In this document: one piece after another, positions 8,902-17,899 of the stretch
Layout of the letters: every line of letters begins with the position of its first letter
Position numbering within the stretch: position 1 is the stretch's first letter
Source of the DNA: Prosthecobacter sp.
GTDB taxonomy: Bacteria > Verrucomicrobiota > Verrucomicrobiia > Verrucomicrobiales > Verrucomicrobiaceae
Length of the DNA: 64,000 bases
Assembly (NCBI GenBank): GCA_041395065.1
Contig: JAWLBG010000007.1
Span: forward strand, 46,165 to 110,164
Direction: 5' to 3'
The notes under the pieces: generated by a model
What the model was told of the DNA's origin: nothing
Seen by the model: the letters and a program-made list of their open reading frames with translations, nothing else
The model's database searches: none
Translations under genes and position numbers: made by a program

Positions 8902-11393
8902 TGCGCTCCAATCGTCATTCTTGTCTCGTCGTCAGCGTGGCGGCGATGGTTCTCGTGTCCGTGGCTCGCGCCGCCGATGATGCACCGAAGCTCGTGCAGC
9001 AGTTCCTTGGCAAATACTGCCTGGAGTGCCATGACGCGGATGTGCAGAAGGGCGACCGCTCGTTTGAGAAGTTCGTGCTGCCGCTGAAGTCGGTGCCCGA
9101 TCTGATCGAAGCACGCGACATCATCGACCAGCTCACGCTGAAGGAGATGCCGCCGAAGAAGGCTGACCAGCCGAAGGACGATGAACGCATCGCGATGATC
9201 CGCGCGCTGCGTGACGGCACCGTGGTCGCGTATGGCAAATTCCAGAGCACCGGCAGCCGCACGGTGATGCGCCGCCTTTCCAGCCGCGAGTATGAAAACA
9301 CGCTCGCCGTGCTCTTCGGACGCCGCGTGGACACGTTGGGTCTCACCGCCGATTTCCCGAAGGAAAAAACAAGCGAGCACATGGACACAATCGGCAAGAC
9401 GCTCGTGACGTCCGGCTTCCTCGTCGATCAATACTTCCAGTCCGCGAACCGCCTCGTCGAAACGCGTCTGGGCAAACCGGCAACCGAACCGAAGGACTGG
9501 AAGTTCAATGGGCACTTCTTGCAATACGAGGAACTGAGCGGATCGCACAAATCCGCCTTCAACTACCGCTACCTGAACCTCTACGAGCAGCCGAACACCG
9601 ACACGCGCCAGGGCGGTTACGGTCACATCGAGGACTTCAAGCAGGGCGTGCCCGTCTCCGGTCTCTACGACATCGAGGTCGAGGCCACGGCCATGCATCG
9701 CGACACGCATTACGATCCTGCGATTTTCGGCATCGACTTCTCCGAGCCCTTCATTCTCGGCGTCGTGCCCGGCGATGTCACCAAAGGCCACATCCATTAC
9801 CCGCAGGCCATCGAGCCGCTGCTCGCCAGCGCTGTCGTGCCGGACAAGACACCCACGTGGTTCAAATTCCGCGTGTGGCTCGAAGCCGGGCAGACACCGC
9901 GCTTCATCTTCCCGAACGGCCCGTATGAATCCCGCGCCTCAGTCGTCACCATCAACAAGCGCTACAAGGATGAGTTTAAACAAAAGATCGGCACCTCCGG
10001 CGTCGGTCGTGCGCACATCCTGCTCGAAGGCGAACTGCCGCACATCCGCATCAGCGAGATCAAGATCCACGGCCCCGTGCCTGAAAAGCATGGCAGCGTC
10101 GAGGAAATCGCCGTGTTCGGCAAAGACGGCTTCCAGGCGGATCACGCGCTCGATCAACTGAACGCCTTCGCCGAGAAAGCGTATCGCCGTCCGCTCACCG
10201 ACGCCGATCGCCAGCCGATCCGTGCGATGTATGACAAACGCCTCGCCGAGAAAGCCACGCCGCGTCAGGCCGCGCTCGATGCGCTGAAGCTCATCCTTTG
10301 CTCGCCGTCCTTCCTTTATCTCAGCGAGATCACCGACGAATCCGCGAAGGCGTTGAAGCCTTACGATCTCGCCACACGCCTTTCGTATGCGCTGTGGGCC
10401 ATGCCGCCGGATGACGCGCTGCTTGCGTCCGCAAAGTCCGGCAAGCTCACGCAGGATGCCGAGTTGATGAAACAGATTCAGCACATGATCGCCGATGAAC
10501 GCATCGACGGTTTCGTGAACGGCTTTCTCGACAGCTGGCTGAACCTCCGTGACCTCGGCGGCATGCCGCCGCCGCGCGATGCAGCCCGCTCCTATTACGC
10601 CGAGGACCTGCCCACCTCGATGAAGACCGAAGCGCGTCTGTTTTTCCGCGATCTGCTCAAGAACAACGGCTCCGTCACGCAGTTCATCGACTGCGAGCAC
10701 ACCTTCGTGGACAAGAAACTCGCGAAACTTTACGAACTGCCGGAGAAGGACAAACTGCGCCTCGCCGACGGCTTCCAAAAAGTCAGCCTGAAAGGCAACT
10801 CGCATCGCGGCGGTCTGCTCGGCATGGCCGCGGTGCTCACCGTGAGCGCGAACGGCGTCGAGACCTCGCCCGTCACGCGTGGTGTGTGGGTCACGGAGAA
10901 CATCCTCGGCGTTCCGCCGCCACCGCCGCCGGATGTCGTGCCTGCGATTGATCCCGATGTCAGCGGCGCCACCACGATCCGCGATCGTCTCGCCAAACAC
11001 CGTACCGATGCCGCCTGTGCCGAGTGTCATCGCAAGATCGATCCGCTCGGTTTCAGCCTCGAAGCCTTCGATCCCGTCGGCCGCTGGCGGAAAACCTATC
11101 CGAAGCCGAAAAACGCCAAAGACGCCCCCAAGATCGACACCACCGGCGAATTCAACTCCGGCGAGACCTACGCCGACTTCGCCGGCTTCAAGAAAGTCAT
11201 TCGCGACACACGTGCCGATCTGTTCAGCCGCCATCTCATCCGCCAGCTCCTCACCTACACCACCGGTCGCACCATGGAGCTCAACGACGACCTCCTCATC
11301 GACCAGCTTCACGAAAAAGTGAAGAAGCAGGGCCTCGGCCTGAACACCCTCATGGTCGAATGCCTGATAAGCGAGGTGTTTCGGTCGAGGTGA
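8898..11393 (+). CDS. Planctomycete-type cytochrome c protein with DUF1587/1595/1592/1588/1585 domains
   Basis: CLECH and CAECH heme motifs, RRLS..EYEN, LATRLSY.LW..PPD, TSPVTRG, DPLGFSLE.FD. Overlaps the DUF1552 stop codon. Confidence 0.9.
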   Translation: MMRSNRHSCLVVSVAAMVLVSVARAADDAPKLVQQFLGKYCLECHDADVQKGDRSFEKFVLPLKSVPDLIEARDIIDQLTLKEMPPKKADQPKDDERIAMIRALRDGTVVAYGKFQSTGSRTVMRRLSSREYENTLAVLFGRRVDTLGLTADFPKEKTSEHMDTIGKTLVTSGFLVDQYFQSANRLVETRLGKPATEPKDWKFNGHFLQYEELSGSHKSAFNYRYLNLYEQPNTDTRQGGYGHIEDFKQGVPVSGLYDIEVEATAMHRDTHYDPAIFGIDFSEPFILGVVPGDVTKGHIHYPQAIEPLLASAVVPDKTPTWFKFRVWLEAGQTPRFIFPNGPYESRASVVTINKRYKDEFKQKIGTSGVGRAHILLEGELPHIRISEIKIHGPVPEKHGSVEEIAVFGKDGFQADHALDQLNAFAEKAYRRPLTDADRQPIRAMYDKRLAEKATPRQAALDALKLILCSPSFLYLSEITDESAKALKPYDLATRLSYALWAMPPDDALLASAKSGKLTQDAELMKQIQHMIADERIDGFVNGFLDSWLNLRDLGGMPPPRDAARSYYAEDLPTSMKTEARLFFRDLLKNNGSVTQFIDCEHTFVDKKLAKLYELPEKDKLRLADGFQKVSLKGNSHRGGLLGMAAVLTVSANGVETSPVTRGVWVTENILGVPPPPPPDVVPAIDPDVSGATTIRDRLAKHRTDAACAECHRKIDPLGFSLEAFDPVGRWRKTYPKPKNAKDAPKIDTTGEFNSGETYADFAGFKKVIRDTRADLFSRHLIRQLLTYTTGRTMELNDDLLIDQLHEKVKKQGLGLNTLMVECLISEVFRSR

Positions 11394-11416
11394 AATGTTG
11401 TGACATTCAGTAAGTC

Positions 11417-11851
11417 ATGCAGGACTACCTCCAGCTTTTTCAAGAGTATGATCATGCTTGGCGTTGCGAATTTCCCCCATCCTTTGACCTCATAGCAGCG
11501 GAAGAACGCTTCACCCTGCTGGCGAAGGAGCTTGTCACTGCTTATCCAGGAACAAAATTTGAGACAGGATCCACGATTCAAGACGCAAGTTTTCACGGTC
11601 AGGTCTTCCTTGCATTCGAAGGTCTGACCATCCTCATTCGAGCCAGCAATTTCGGTAGGTTCATCACTTTCTTCGACGAAGAAGATCACATGCTGCTGCC
11701 AGACGAGACTCGTTGTTGCTTGCTCGAACTCTTCATCAAGCATCGTTATCGGTTTGTTCCGCCCGAGGTGCTCTCGATGCCTTACACAGGAAAATGCAAA
11801 GGCGTCTCCGGCTTCCGTGATTGGGGATACCGCTACTTTGAGTATATTTGA
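11417..11851 (+). CDS. Hypothetical protein, lower GC than flanks
   Basis: 144-aa ORF with globular composition (IQDASFHG, IRASNFG, WGYRYFEYI), starting 23 nt after the upstream stop. Confidence 0.65.
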   Translation: MQDYLQLFQEYDHAWRCEFPPSFDLIAAEERFTLLAKELVTAYPGTKFETGSTIQDASFHGQVFLAFEGLTILIRASNFGRFITFFDEEDHMLLPDETRCCLLELFIKHRYRFVPPEVLSMPYTGKCKGVSGFRDWGYRYFEYI

Positions 11852-11856
11852 GCTGC

Positions 11857-12129
11857 TTATTCAATTCGCGTTGAACAACGATGTGATCGGTGAGCAGTGC
11901 ACGAACTGCGACGATGTGAAAAGTGCTCGAGGAAAGCATCGTGGCCGACTTCCATGGAGGGATCGGCATCCAGTTCCGCCTCACGTTGATTGAGAACGGC
12001 GTCCAAGTCCTCATGAGCAGCGGGTTTCCATGATTGAATCGACTCCCAAAGACTTGACGCGATACGGCAACGATCCTGCGGATCAAGTTCCATGGCCGAG
12101 GACATCACGGATTCGTAAGTCGCATTCAT
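11857..12129 (-). CDS. Putative addiction-module antitoxin component (orphan)
   Basis: AMELDPQDRCRIASSLWESI...LNQREAELDADPS pattern; start moved to ATG 12129; no intact toxin downstream. Confidence 0.7.
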   Translation of the reverse strand: MNATYESVMSSAMELDPQDRCRIASSLWESIQSWKPAAHEDLDAVLNQREAELDADPSMEVGHDAFLEHFSHRRSSCTAHRSHRCSTRIE

Positions 12130-12193
12130 GGGACGATGATATTCATCTCCGCATGCGAGGTCAACGGCTCGAACCATGCTTGCAGGCCACGAT

Positions 12194-13513
12194 CTACTCC
12201 AGCAACCACTGCCACGCCGTTACCACTCGCGTCTTTGCAGGCAGTGCCAGTTTCGGAAAGCCCGTTTGATGCAGGGTGATGAGGGTGCAGGTGGCTTTGG
12301 GGAAGACAGCCGCAGCATCGGCCGGGGCACGGAGTTCGCGTTCGGCGGTTTCGGGATCGCTGGCGTCGGCGCAGACCTGGATGAGTTCGTGGCGGCCATT
12401 GGCGTGGCGGGCAAGGAAGTCGATCTCGTAGCCTGCGGGAGTGCGGACCCAGGTGGCAGTGGAGCGACGGCGTTCGAGTTCGAGCAGGACAAGCGTCTCC
12501 AGGGCATGGCCGAGGTTGGCACGACCGGTGCGGTCGTAGAGGGCGATGAGCGCGGTGTCGATGGGGTAGGCTTTGCGCGGGTTCACCATGCGCTGGCGCT
12601 CTGAACTGGCCTCCATCCAAACTGTGCGCACGAGGAAGGCGTCCTCCAGATGGGCGAGCAGATCGTGCAGCGTGTTTTTTGCCACCGGCATGCCCTGCGA
12701 GGTGAGGAAGTTGTGGATCTTTTGCACGCTGAACGGGCTGCCGGCATTCGCGAGCAGATGGCGGACGAGGAAGCGCAGCGCGGCCACGTTCGCGACTTGA
12801 TGGCGCTCCACCACATCACGCAGCATCGCGACATCGACGTAGCTTTGCAGCAGGCGTGAACGGGCCTCGGCAGGCAGGTCGAGTGTCTCCGGAAATCCAC
12901 CACCGCTGATGTATTCGGACAGAGCCTTCTCAATCCGTGAGCGTTTGGCTGGCGTGAGCGTCGTCACGTCGTCCGGAACGGGGACATTCTGATGCGACAA
13001 GAATTCGCGAAAGCTGAACGGATGAATGATGACCTCCATCGCGCGACCACGCATGGAGGTGGCGACTTCCTGACTGAGCATTTTGGCCGAGGAGCCGCTG
13101 AGGAAGACCTCCACCTTCTCCGAGTCGAGGATGCGCCGCACGAAGGACTCCCAGCCTTTCACGAGTTGCACCTCGTCCAAACAGAGCATGATCTTTTCCT
13201 TTCCGCGAACACCGGAGTGTGTGCGGTAGTATTCGTCGAGCAGAAATGTCAGCGCGTCCGCCTCCAGATCAGGGAGGCGTTCGTCCTCGAAGTTCAAGTA
13301 CACCAGTCGCTCACGCGGAATGCCCTGCTCCAGCCGCTCCTGCATTTGTTGGTAAAGGAAACACGTTTTGCCAGCCCGGCGCATGCCGATCACCGCCTGC
13401 GCCTTGCCTGGAAGCATGGTCATGATTACCTGCCGTCGCGTGAGCACGGGCAACTCCTGGCTCGTGCCAAGCGCGAGCTTTTCCTGGAGGGCGGTTGTCT
13501 GGGGGGCAGTCAT
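12194..13513 (-). CDS. AAA_14 ATPase with DUF4143 C-terminal domain
   Basis: GMRRAGKT Walker A, YLNFEDER, LDEVQ Walker B, SGSSAK, GGFPE, K.YPID, EIDF...LIQV. Confidence 0.9.
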   Translation of the reverse strand: MTAPQTTALQEKLALGTSQELPVLTRRQVIMTMLPGKAQAVIGMRRAGKTCFLYQQMQERLEQGIPRERLVYLNFEDERLPDLEADALTFLLDEYYRTHSGVRGKEKIMLCLDEVQLVKGWESFVRRILDSEKVEVFLSGSSAKMLSQEVATSMRGRAMEVIIHPFSFREFLSHQNVPVPDDVTTLTPAKRSRIEKALSEYISGGGFPETLDLPAEARSRLLQSYVDVAMLRDVVERHQVANVAALRFLVRHLLANAGSPFSVQKIHNFLTSQGMPVAKNTLHDLLAHLEDAFLVRTVWMEASSERQRMVNPRKAYPIDTALIALYDRTGRANLGHALETLVLLELERRRSTATWVRTPAGYEIDFLARHANGRHELIQVCADASDPETAERELRAPADAAAVFPKATCTLITLHQTGFPKLALPAKTRVVTAWQWLLE

Positions 13514-13573
13514 TTGTCTTTATTTGAGAGACAACTTTACAGCTAATTGTCTTTTTAAAAGAGATAATTGTCT
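13514..13573. promoter_or_regulatory. Two 21-bp imperfect palindromes plus a half-site directly upstream of the ATPase start
   Basis: TTGTCTTTATTTGAGAGACAA (13514-13534), TTGTCTTTTTAAAAGAGATAA (13547-13567), TTGTCT (13568-13573). Confidence 0.7.
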
Positions 13574-13610
13574 GGATGCTTGATGGAAGGTGCTCGTTTA
13601 CGATCCCGTC

Positions 13611-14387
13611 ATGATTCGCTTCTTGCTCATCTTTGCCATCGTCTGCATCGCCACGCTTCGCGCCGAAGAGGCGGGTTTTGTTTCAATTTTTAATGGCAAA
13701 GACCTGACCGGCTGGACGATCAAGATCGCGAAGCATCCTCTGGGAGAGAATTTTGCGAACACCTTCCAGGTGGAGGACGGCATCCTGAAGGTCAGCTACG
13801 ACGGTTACGGGAAGTTCGACGAGCAGTATGGTCACCTGTACACCAACCTCGCCTACTCGCACTACATCCTGCGCATGGAGTATCGTTTCACGGGCCGAAT
13901 GATGGCCGACGCGCCGCACTATGTGAATCTCAACAGCGGAGTGATGATTCATTCGCAGCCACCGCAGAGCCTGCGCTTCGACCAGAAATTCCCGTCGAGC
14001 CTGGAGATGCAGTTCCTCGCAGACGAGGGGAAAGGGCCGCGCTCCACCGGCAATCTCTGCACGCCTGGGACGCACGTCGAGATGGGTGGCGAACTCTTCA
14101 CCAAGCACATTGCCCAATCCAGCGCGCCAACTTTTCCTGCCGAGGAATGGGTCCGCGCCGAGGTGGAGGTGCGCGGCAACGACGAGATCATCCACCGCAT
14201 CAATGGTGTCGAAGTCCTGCGCTACCAGCGCCCGCGGCTTGATCCTGCGTGCAAGATTGCCCCCGCGAGTGACATCGTCGAGGCGGGCGGCGACGTGATG
14301 CTCGGCTACGGCCACATCGCTCTCCAAGCCGAAGGACAGCCGGTCTGGTTTCGCAAGATCGAGCTGATGTCGCTGGAGAAGAAGTAG
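13611..14387 (+). CDS. Secreted DUF1080 (3-keto-disaccharide hydrolase-like) protein
   Basis: [34 protein letters not shown]. Confidence 0.9.
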   Translation: MIRFLLIFAIVCIATLRAEEAGFVSIFNGKDLTGWTIKIAKHPLGENFANTFQVEDGILKVSYDGYGKFDEQYGHLYTNLAYSHYILRMEYRFTGRMMADAPHYVNLNSGVMIHSQPPQSLRFDQKFPSSLEMQFLADEGKGPRSTGNLCTPGTHVEMGGELFTKHIAQSSAPTFPAEEWVRAEVEVRGNDEIIHRINGVEVLRYQRPRLDPACKIAPASDIVEAGGDVMLGYGHIALQAEGQPVWFRKIELMSLEKK

Positions 14388-14397
14388 GCCGTCGGCC

Positions 14398-15171
14398 TCA
14401 GCGCAGGTTCACGGCGCCGCCATCGAGGGGATAGTTTGTGCCGGTGGCGAAGGAGGCTTCGTCGCTGCAGAGGTAGAGGGCGAGTGCGGCAATTTCTTCC
14501 GGCTTGGCCATGCGTCCAATGGGCTGGGCTTCGCTGAGCTTTTGGAACATTTCCGCTTCCTGGCCGGGGTAGGTTTTGGCGAGATAGCCATCGACGAACG
14601 GTGTGTGCACGCGGGCGGGGGCGATGCAGTTGCAGCGGATGCCGTCCTTGATGAAGTCCTTGGCGATGGAGTAGGTCATCATGAGCACCGCACCCTTCGT
14701 CATGGAGTAGGCGAAGCGGTCAGCGAGGCCGATCTGGGCGGCGATGGAGCACATGTTCAGGATCACGCCTTTCTTGTTCGGCACCATGTGGGCGAGTGCA
14801 GCCTGGGCGCACGCGTGCACGCCTTTGATGTTCACACTGTGCAGGCGGTCCATGTCCTCCTCGGTGGTGGTCAGGGCGGTGCCGATGTGGGCGATGCCGG
14901 CGTTGTTGACCAGAATGTCGATCTTGCCGTGCTTGGCGGCGACGGCGTCAAAGAGGGCTCTCACGCCGGCGTAGTTGCCGACATCGCATGCGGTGGCAGT
15001 GGCGCTGCCGCCTGCGGCGATGATTTGATCCACGGTTTCCTGAGCGGATTCCTGTTTGAGATCGAAGACTTCCACATGGGCGCCCTGCTTGGCGAAGAGG
15101 ATGGCGATGCCCTGGCCGATGCCGGAGCCGGCGCCGGTGATGATGACGGTTTTGTTGGCGAGTGAGAACAT
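14398..15171 (-). CDS. SDR family oxidoreductase (resembles 2-keto-3-deoxy-L-fuconate dehydrogenases)
   Basis: TGAGSGIG, NNAG, YSMTK, IRCNCIAPARVHTPFV. Confidence 0.9.
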   Translation of the reverse strand: MFSLANKTVIITGAGSGIGQGIAILFAKQGAHVEVFDLKQESAQETVDQIIAAGGSATATACDVGNYAGVRALFDAVAAKHGKIDILVNNAGIAHIGTALTTTEEDMDRLHSVNIKGVHACAQAALAHMVPNKKGVILNMCSIAAQIGLADRFAYSMTKGAVLMMTYSIAKDFIKDGIRCNCIAPARVHTPFVDGYLAKTYPGQEAEMFQKLSEAQPIGRMAKPEEIAALALYLCSDEASFATGTNYPLDGGAVNLR

Positions 15172-15210
15172 GAGGTGGGTTGGAGGGTAAACTTGAAAGT
15201 GCGGATCAGA

Positions 15211-16503
15211 TCAAACGGCGAATGGGATGAAGCGGTTTTCAATCCGCTTTGGAATCACGCACTGAATTTGCGCGCGGCCGGACTCGTAGTCTTCGCTCAG
15301 GACTTTGCCTTCCTGATGCGCAAGTGCGACGAGATCCATGCGGTCGAGGGGCAGGTCGAGACTGAGGCGGACGACGCGGTCGATCATGAAATCGTGCAGG
15401 CGATGAAGCAGGTCGTCCATGCCCTGGCCGGTTTTGACCGAGATCAGGACCGCGCCAGGAAAGTCACGCTTCAATTCGTTGAGCCGCAGGTCGTCGACAA
15501 GATCCGCCTTGTTGAGTACGAGCAGGACTTTCTTATCGCCCGCGCCGAGTTCGGTGAGCACCTGGGTTGTCGTCTTGTGGAATTCGAGCGCCTGAGGTGA
15601 ATGGGCGTCGATGACGTGAATGAGAAAGTCGGCCTGGTTCGCTTCTTCAAGTGTGGCTCGGAAAGACTGCACGAGGTCGTGCGGGAGATTACGGATGAAG
15701 CCTACGGTGTCAGTGACGAGCAGCGGTTGCCCGTCCGGCAGTTCCAGTCGGCGCGTGGTGGTGTCGAGCGTGGCGAAGAGCTGGTCCTCCACATAGGCGT
15801 CGGATTCGGTCAGGCGGTTCAGCAGCGAAGACTTACCGGCATTGGTGTAGCCGACGATGGCCGCGTGCGGTACGGGGACGCGGCTGCGCTCCTTGCGCAT
15901 GGTGTCGCGCTGGCGCTTCACGTCTTCGAGATCGGCCCGCACCTTGTCCAGCCGCTTGTTGGCGAGGCGGCGGTCCACTTCCAGCTGGGTTTCGCCCTCG
16001 CCTCGCGCCGCGCCTGCTCCGCCCTGGCCGCCGCCGGCACCGCCACCCTGGCGGTCAAGATGTCGCCACATGCGGGTAAGACGGGGGATGGAGTATTCGA
16101 GCCGCGCCAGTTCCACCTGCAGGCGCGCCTCGCGGGTTTTGGCGCGCATGTTGAAGATGTCGAGGATGACCTCGTGACGGTCGATGACGCAGATGTCGCC
16201 TTCGCTTTCCCAGGCGCGTTGCTGGGCGGGGCTGAGTTCGTTGTCCCAGACGATGCAGTCGGCGCCGAGCTCTTTGGCCTGCTTCATGAGTTCGGCCGAC
16301 TTGCCGCTGCCGATCAGGTGGCGCGCGGTGTGCTCGCGGGCAAAAACCAGCTCGCTGGCGATGACTTCGATGCCGAGCGTGGCCACCAGATCGCCGAGTT
16401 CCTCGAGGAGGTCGGCAGCTGTCTGTTTTTCACGGCGGTCGAAATACGCGCCGATGAGGAAGGCGCGCTCGACCCTGTTGGGCTTGTCACGGACGTCGAA
16501 CAT
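15211..16503 (-). CDS. hflX: Ribosome-splitting GTPase HflX
   Basis: EARLQVELA, GEGETQLEVDRR, GYTNAGKS, LFATLD, DTVGF, NKAD. Start moved to ATG 16503. Confidence 0.95.
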   Translation of the reverse strand: MFDVRDKPNRVERAFLIGAYFDRREKQTAADLLEELGDLVATLGIEVIASELVFAREHTARHLIGSGKSAELMKQAKELGADCIVWDNELSPAQQRAWESEGDICVIDRHEVILDIFNMRAKTREARLQVELARLEYSIPRLTRMWRHLDRQGGGAGGGQGGAGAARGEGETQLEVDRRLANKRLDKVRADLEDVKRQRDTMRKERSRVPVPHAAIVGYTNAGKSSLLNRLTESDAYVEDQLFATLDTTTRRLELPDGQPLLVTDTVGFIRNLPHDLVQSFRATLEEANQADFLIHVIDAHSPQALEFHKTTTQVLTELGAGDKKVLLVLNKADLVDDLRLNELKRDFPGAVLISVKTGQGMDDLLHRLHDFMIDRVVRLSLDLPLDRMDLVALAHQEGKVLSEDYESGRAQIQCVIPKRIENRFIPFAV

Positions 16504-16557
16504 GAGCGCGAGATCATGGCGAGCGCCGGCACGTTGCCAAGCCGCGTATTCCGTGCG

Positions 16558-17061
16558 ATGAACGCCGCCATGACCCGCCGCCTCGTTTTTTTGACCGCTC
16601 TCTGCCTGGGACTCGCCGCCTGCGACTCCTCCGACGGAGGCCGGCTGCCTGTGAGTCTTTTCGAATGCGAGGCCGGCGAGGCGTCGATTCGCCACCTCAT
16701 TTCCAAATTGCCGGATCTGAATCAGGGCGTGGCGAAGAGCTACTCCATCGTGCTGGGAGAGATCAACCGCGACGGCATGACGCCGGCCAGCGACGAGTTT
16801 TCGGCGCGGTTCAGCGACTTGAAGCTGAAATTCGTCAACGCCCTCAACCTGAAGGACATCGATCCCGACCACACCATCGTGGACCCTGAATCACGTCTCG
16901 CGGCCTTTGTTTTGCAGCTCCGTACGCTGAAGCAGACAAGCGCGACGACCTGGGAATCCGAAGTGGGCTGGAGCTACAAGAAAGAATTTGGGCGGCTCAA
17001 ACTGCAGCTCGATACGCGCGACGGAAAGCTGGCGGTGACGTCGTCCAGTCCGGTATCCTGA
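16558..17061 (+). CDS. Hypothetical lipoprotein
   Basis: Lipobox LAAC after a hydrophobic signal; start 16558 or 16570; divergent from hflX. Confidence 0.7.
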   Translation: MNAAMTRRLVFLTALCLGLAACDSSDGGRLPVSLFECEAGEASIRHLISKLPDLNQGVAKSYSIVLGEINRDGMTPASDEFSARFSDLKLKFVNALNLKDIDPDHTIVDPESRLAAFVLQLRTLKQTSATTWESEVGWSYKKEFGRLKLQLDTRDGKLAVTSSSPVS

Positions 17062-17152
17062 ACAACCTGAGAGAGAAATCCTCAACGAAGTTGTAACAGC
17101 GGCATCAAAGAAGGTCGAATAGTCTCGCAGCGAAAACGACCAAGACACCGTC

Positions 17153-17806
17153 ATGCAAACCTACTCCGAATCCCCTGCAGCCGTAGCGCCCGCCGCACCG
17201 CGGGCTCGTTCCACGAAGAAAGTCATTCTTATCACCCTCGCCGTCATTCTCGGCTGCGCGGGCATTGCCGCCGCCACGACGGCCTACTGGGTCAAGCACA
17301 CCTTCTATCCCTCGCCAATCACGCCGGTGAGCCTGACCGCGACGGAACAGGCCGAATTCGACGGCAAACTGCGCGCCCTGAGCGATCCGTCCACGATTCC
17401 CCCTGACGAGGTCAACCGCACGATCCTGCTCACCGAGCGCGAGGTGAACGCCTACCTGGCGGAGCAACAGCTCGGCGAAACCGTGCAGGTGAAGTTTGGA
17501 AATGGGAACGTCTCCGCCGCGATCATCCTGACCGCGCCCGAAGATTTTCCGGTGGCGCCGAACAGGAAAATCCGCGTGCGCTTCACCTTCGGCACCAGCC
17601 TGACGCCGGAGCACAAGCTCTCGCTGCAGCTCGATGATTTGAGCCTCGGCGGCATTTCGCTGCCGAACAGCTGGCTTGGTGACATCAAAGGCGTCGATCT
17701 CGTGGCGGAGAATGTCGAGTCCGATCCCGCTCTCCAGAAGTTCCTGGCGGGGATCCAGTCTCTGGACATCCGCGACGGCGCCATGAAGCTGGTGCTGAAC
17801 AAGTAG
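17153..17806 (+). CDS. Membrane-anchored hypothetical protein
   Basis: One N-terminal TM helix, then a beta-rich domain (LTEREVNAYL, LSLGGISLP); followed by a terminator. Confidence 0.75.
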   Translation: MQTYSESPAAVAPAAPRARSTKKVILITLAVILGCAGIAAATTAYWVKHTFYPSPITPVSLTATEQAEFDGKLRALSDPSTIPPDEVNRTILLTEREVNAYLAEQQLGETVQVKFGNGNVSAAIILTAPEDFPVAPNRKIRVRFTFGTSLTPEHKLSLQLDDLSLGGISLPNSWLGDIKGVDLVAENVESDPALQKFLAGIQSLDIRDGAMKLVLNK

Positions 17807-17831
17807 TCCGCCGACACCACTGAAATCACGA

Positions 17832-17872
17832 CCCGGCTTTCCGTCGCATGCGGGAAGCCGGGCTTTTCATTT
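17832..17872 (+). terminator. Intrinsic terminator
   Basis: CCCGGCTTTCCG-7 nt loop-CGGGAAGCCGGG followed by CTTTTCATTT. Confidence 0.75.
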
Positions 17873-17899
17873 GTCGAGGCGGTGCTTCTGTGCGGAGCA

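Noticed and set aside
11394-12193. Integron cassettes as the origin of the small inserts
   Set aside because: No attC-like structure, shared boundary sequence or integrase was recognised.
16504-16872. N-terminal extensions in the ORF track (hflX, lhr 27028-27282, DUF1549 59420-59656 and others)
   Set aside because: They overlap divergent genes or promoter regions; family similarity and signal peptides begin at the downstream starts used here.
17092-17120. TGTAAC...GTCGAA as another ECF promoter
   Set aside because: The -10 element does not match the CGT boxes seen elsewhere; a single weak instance.
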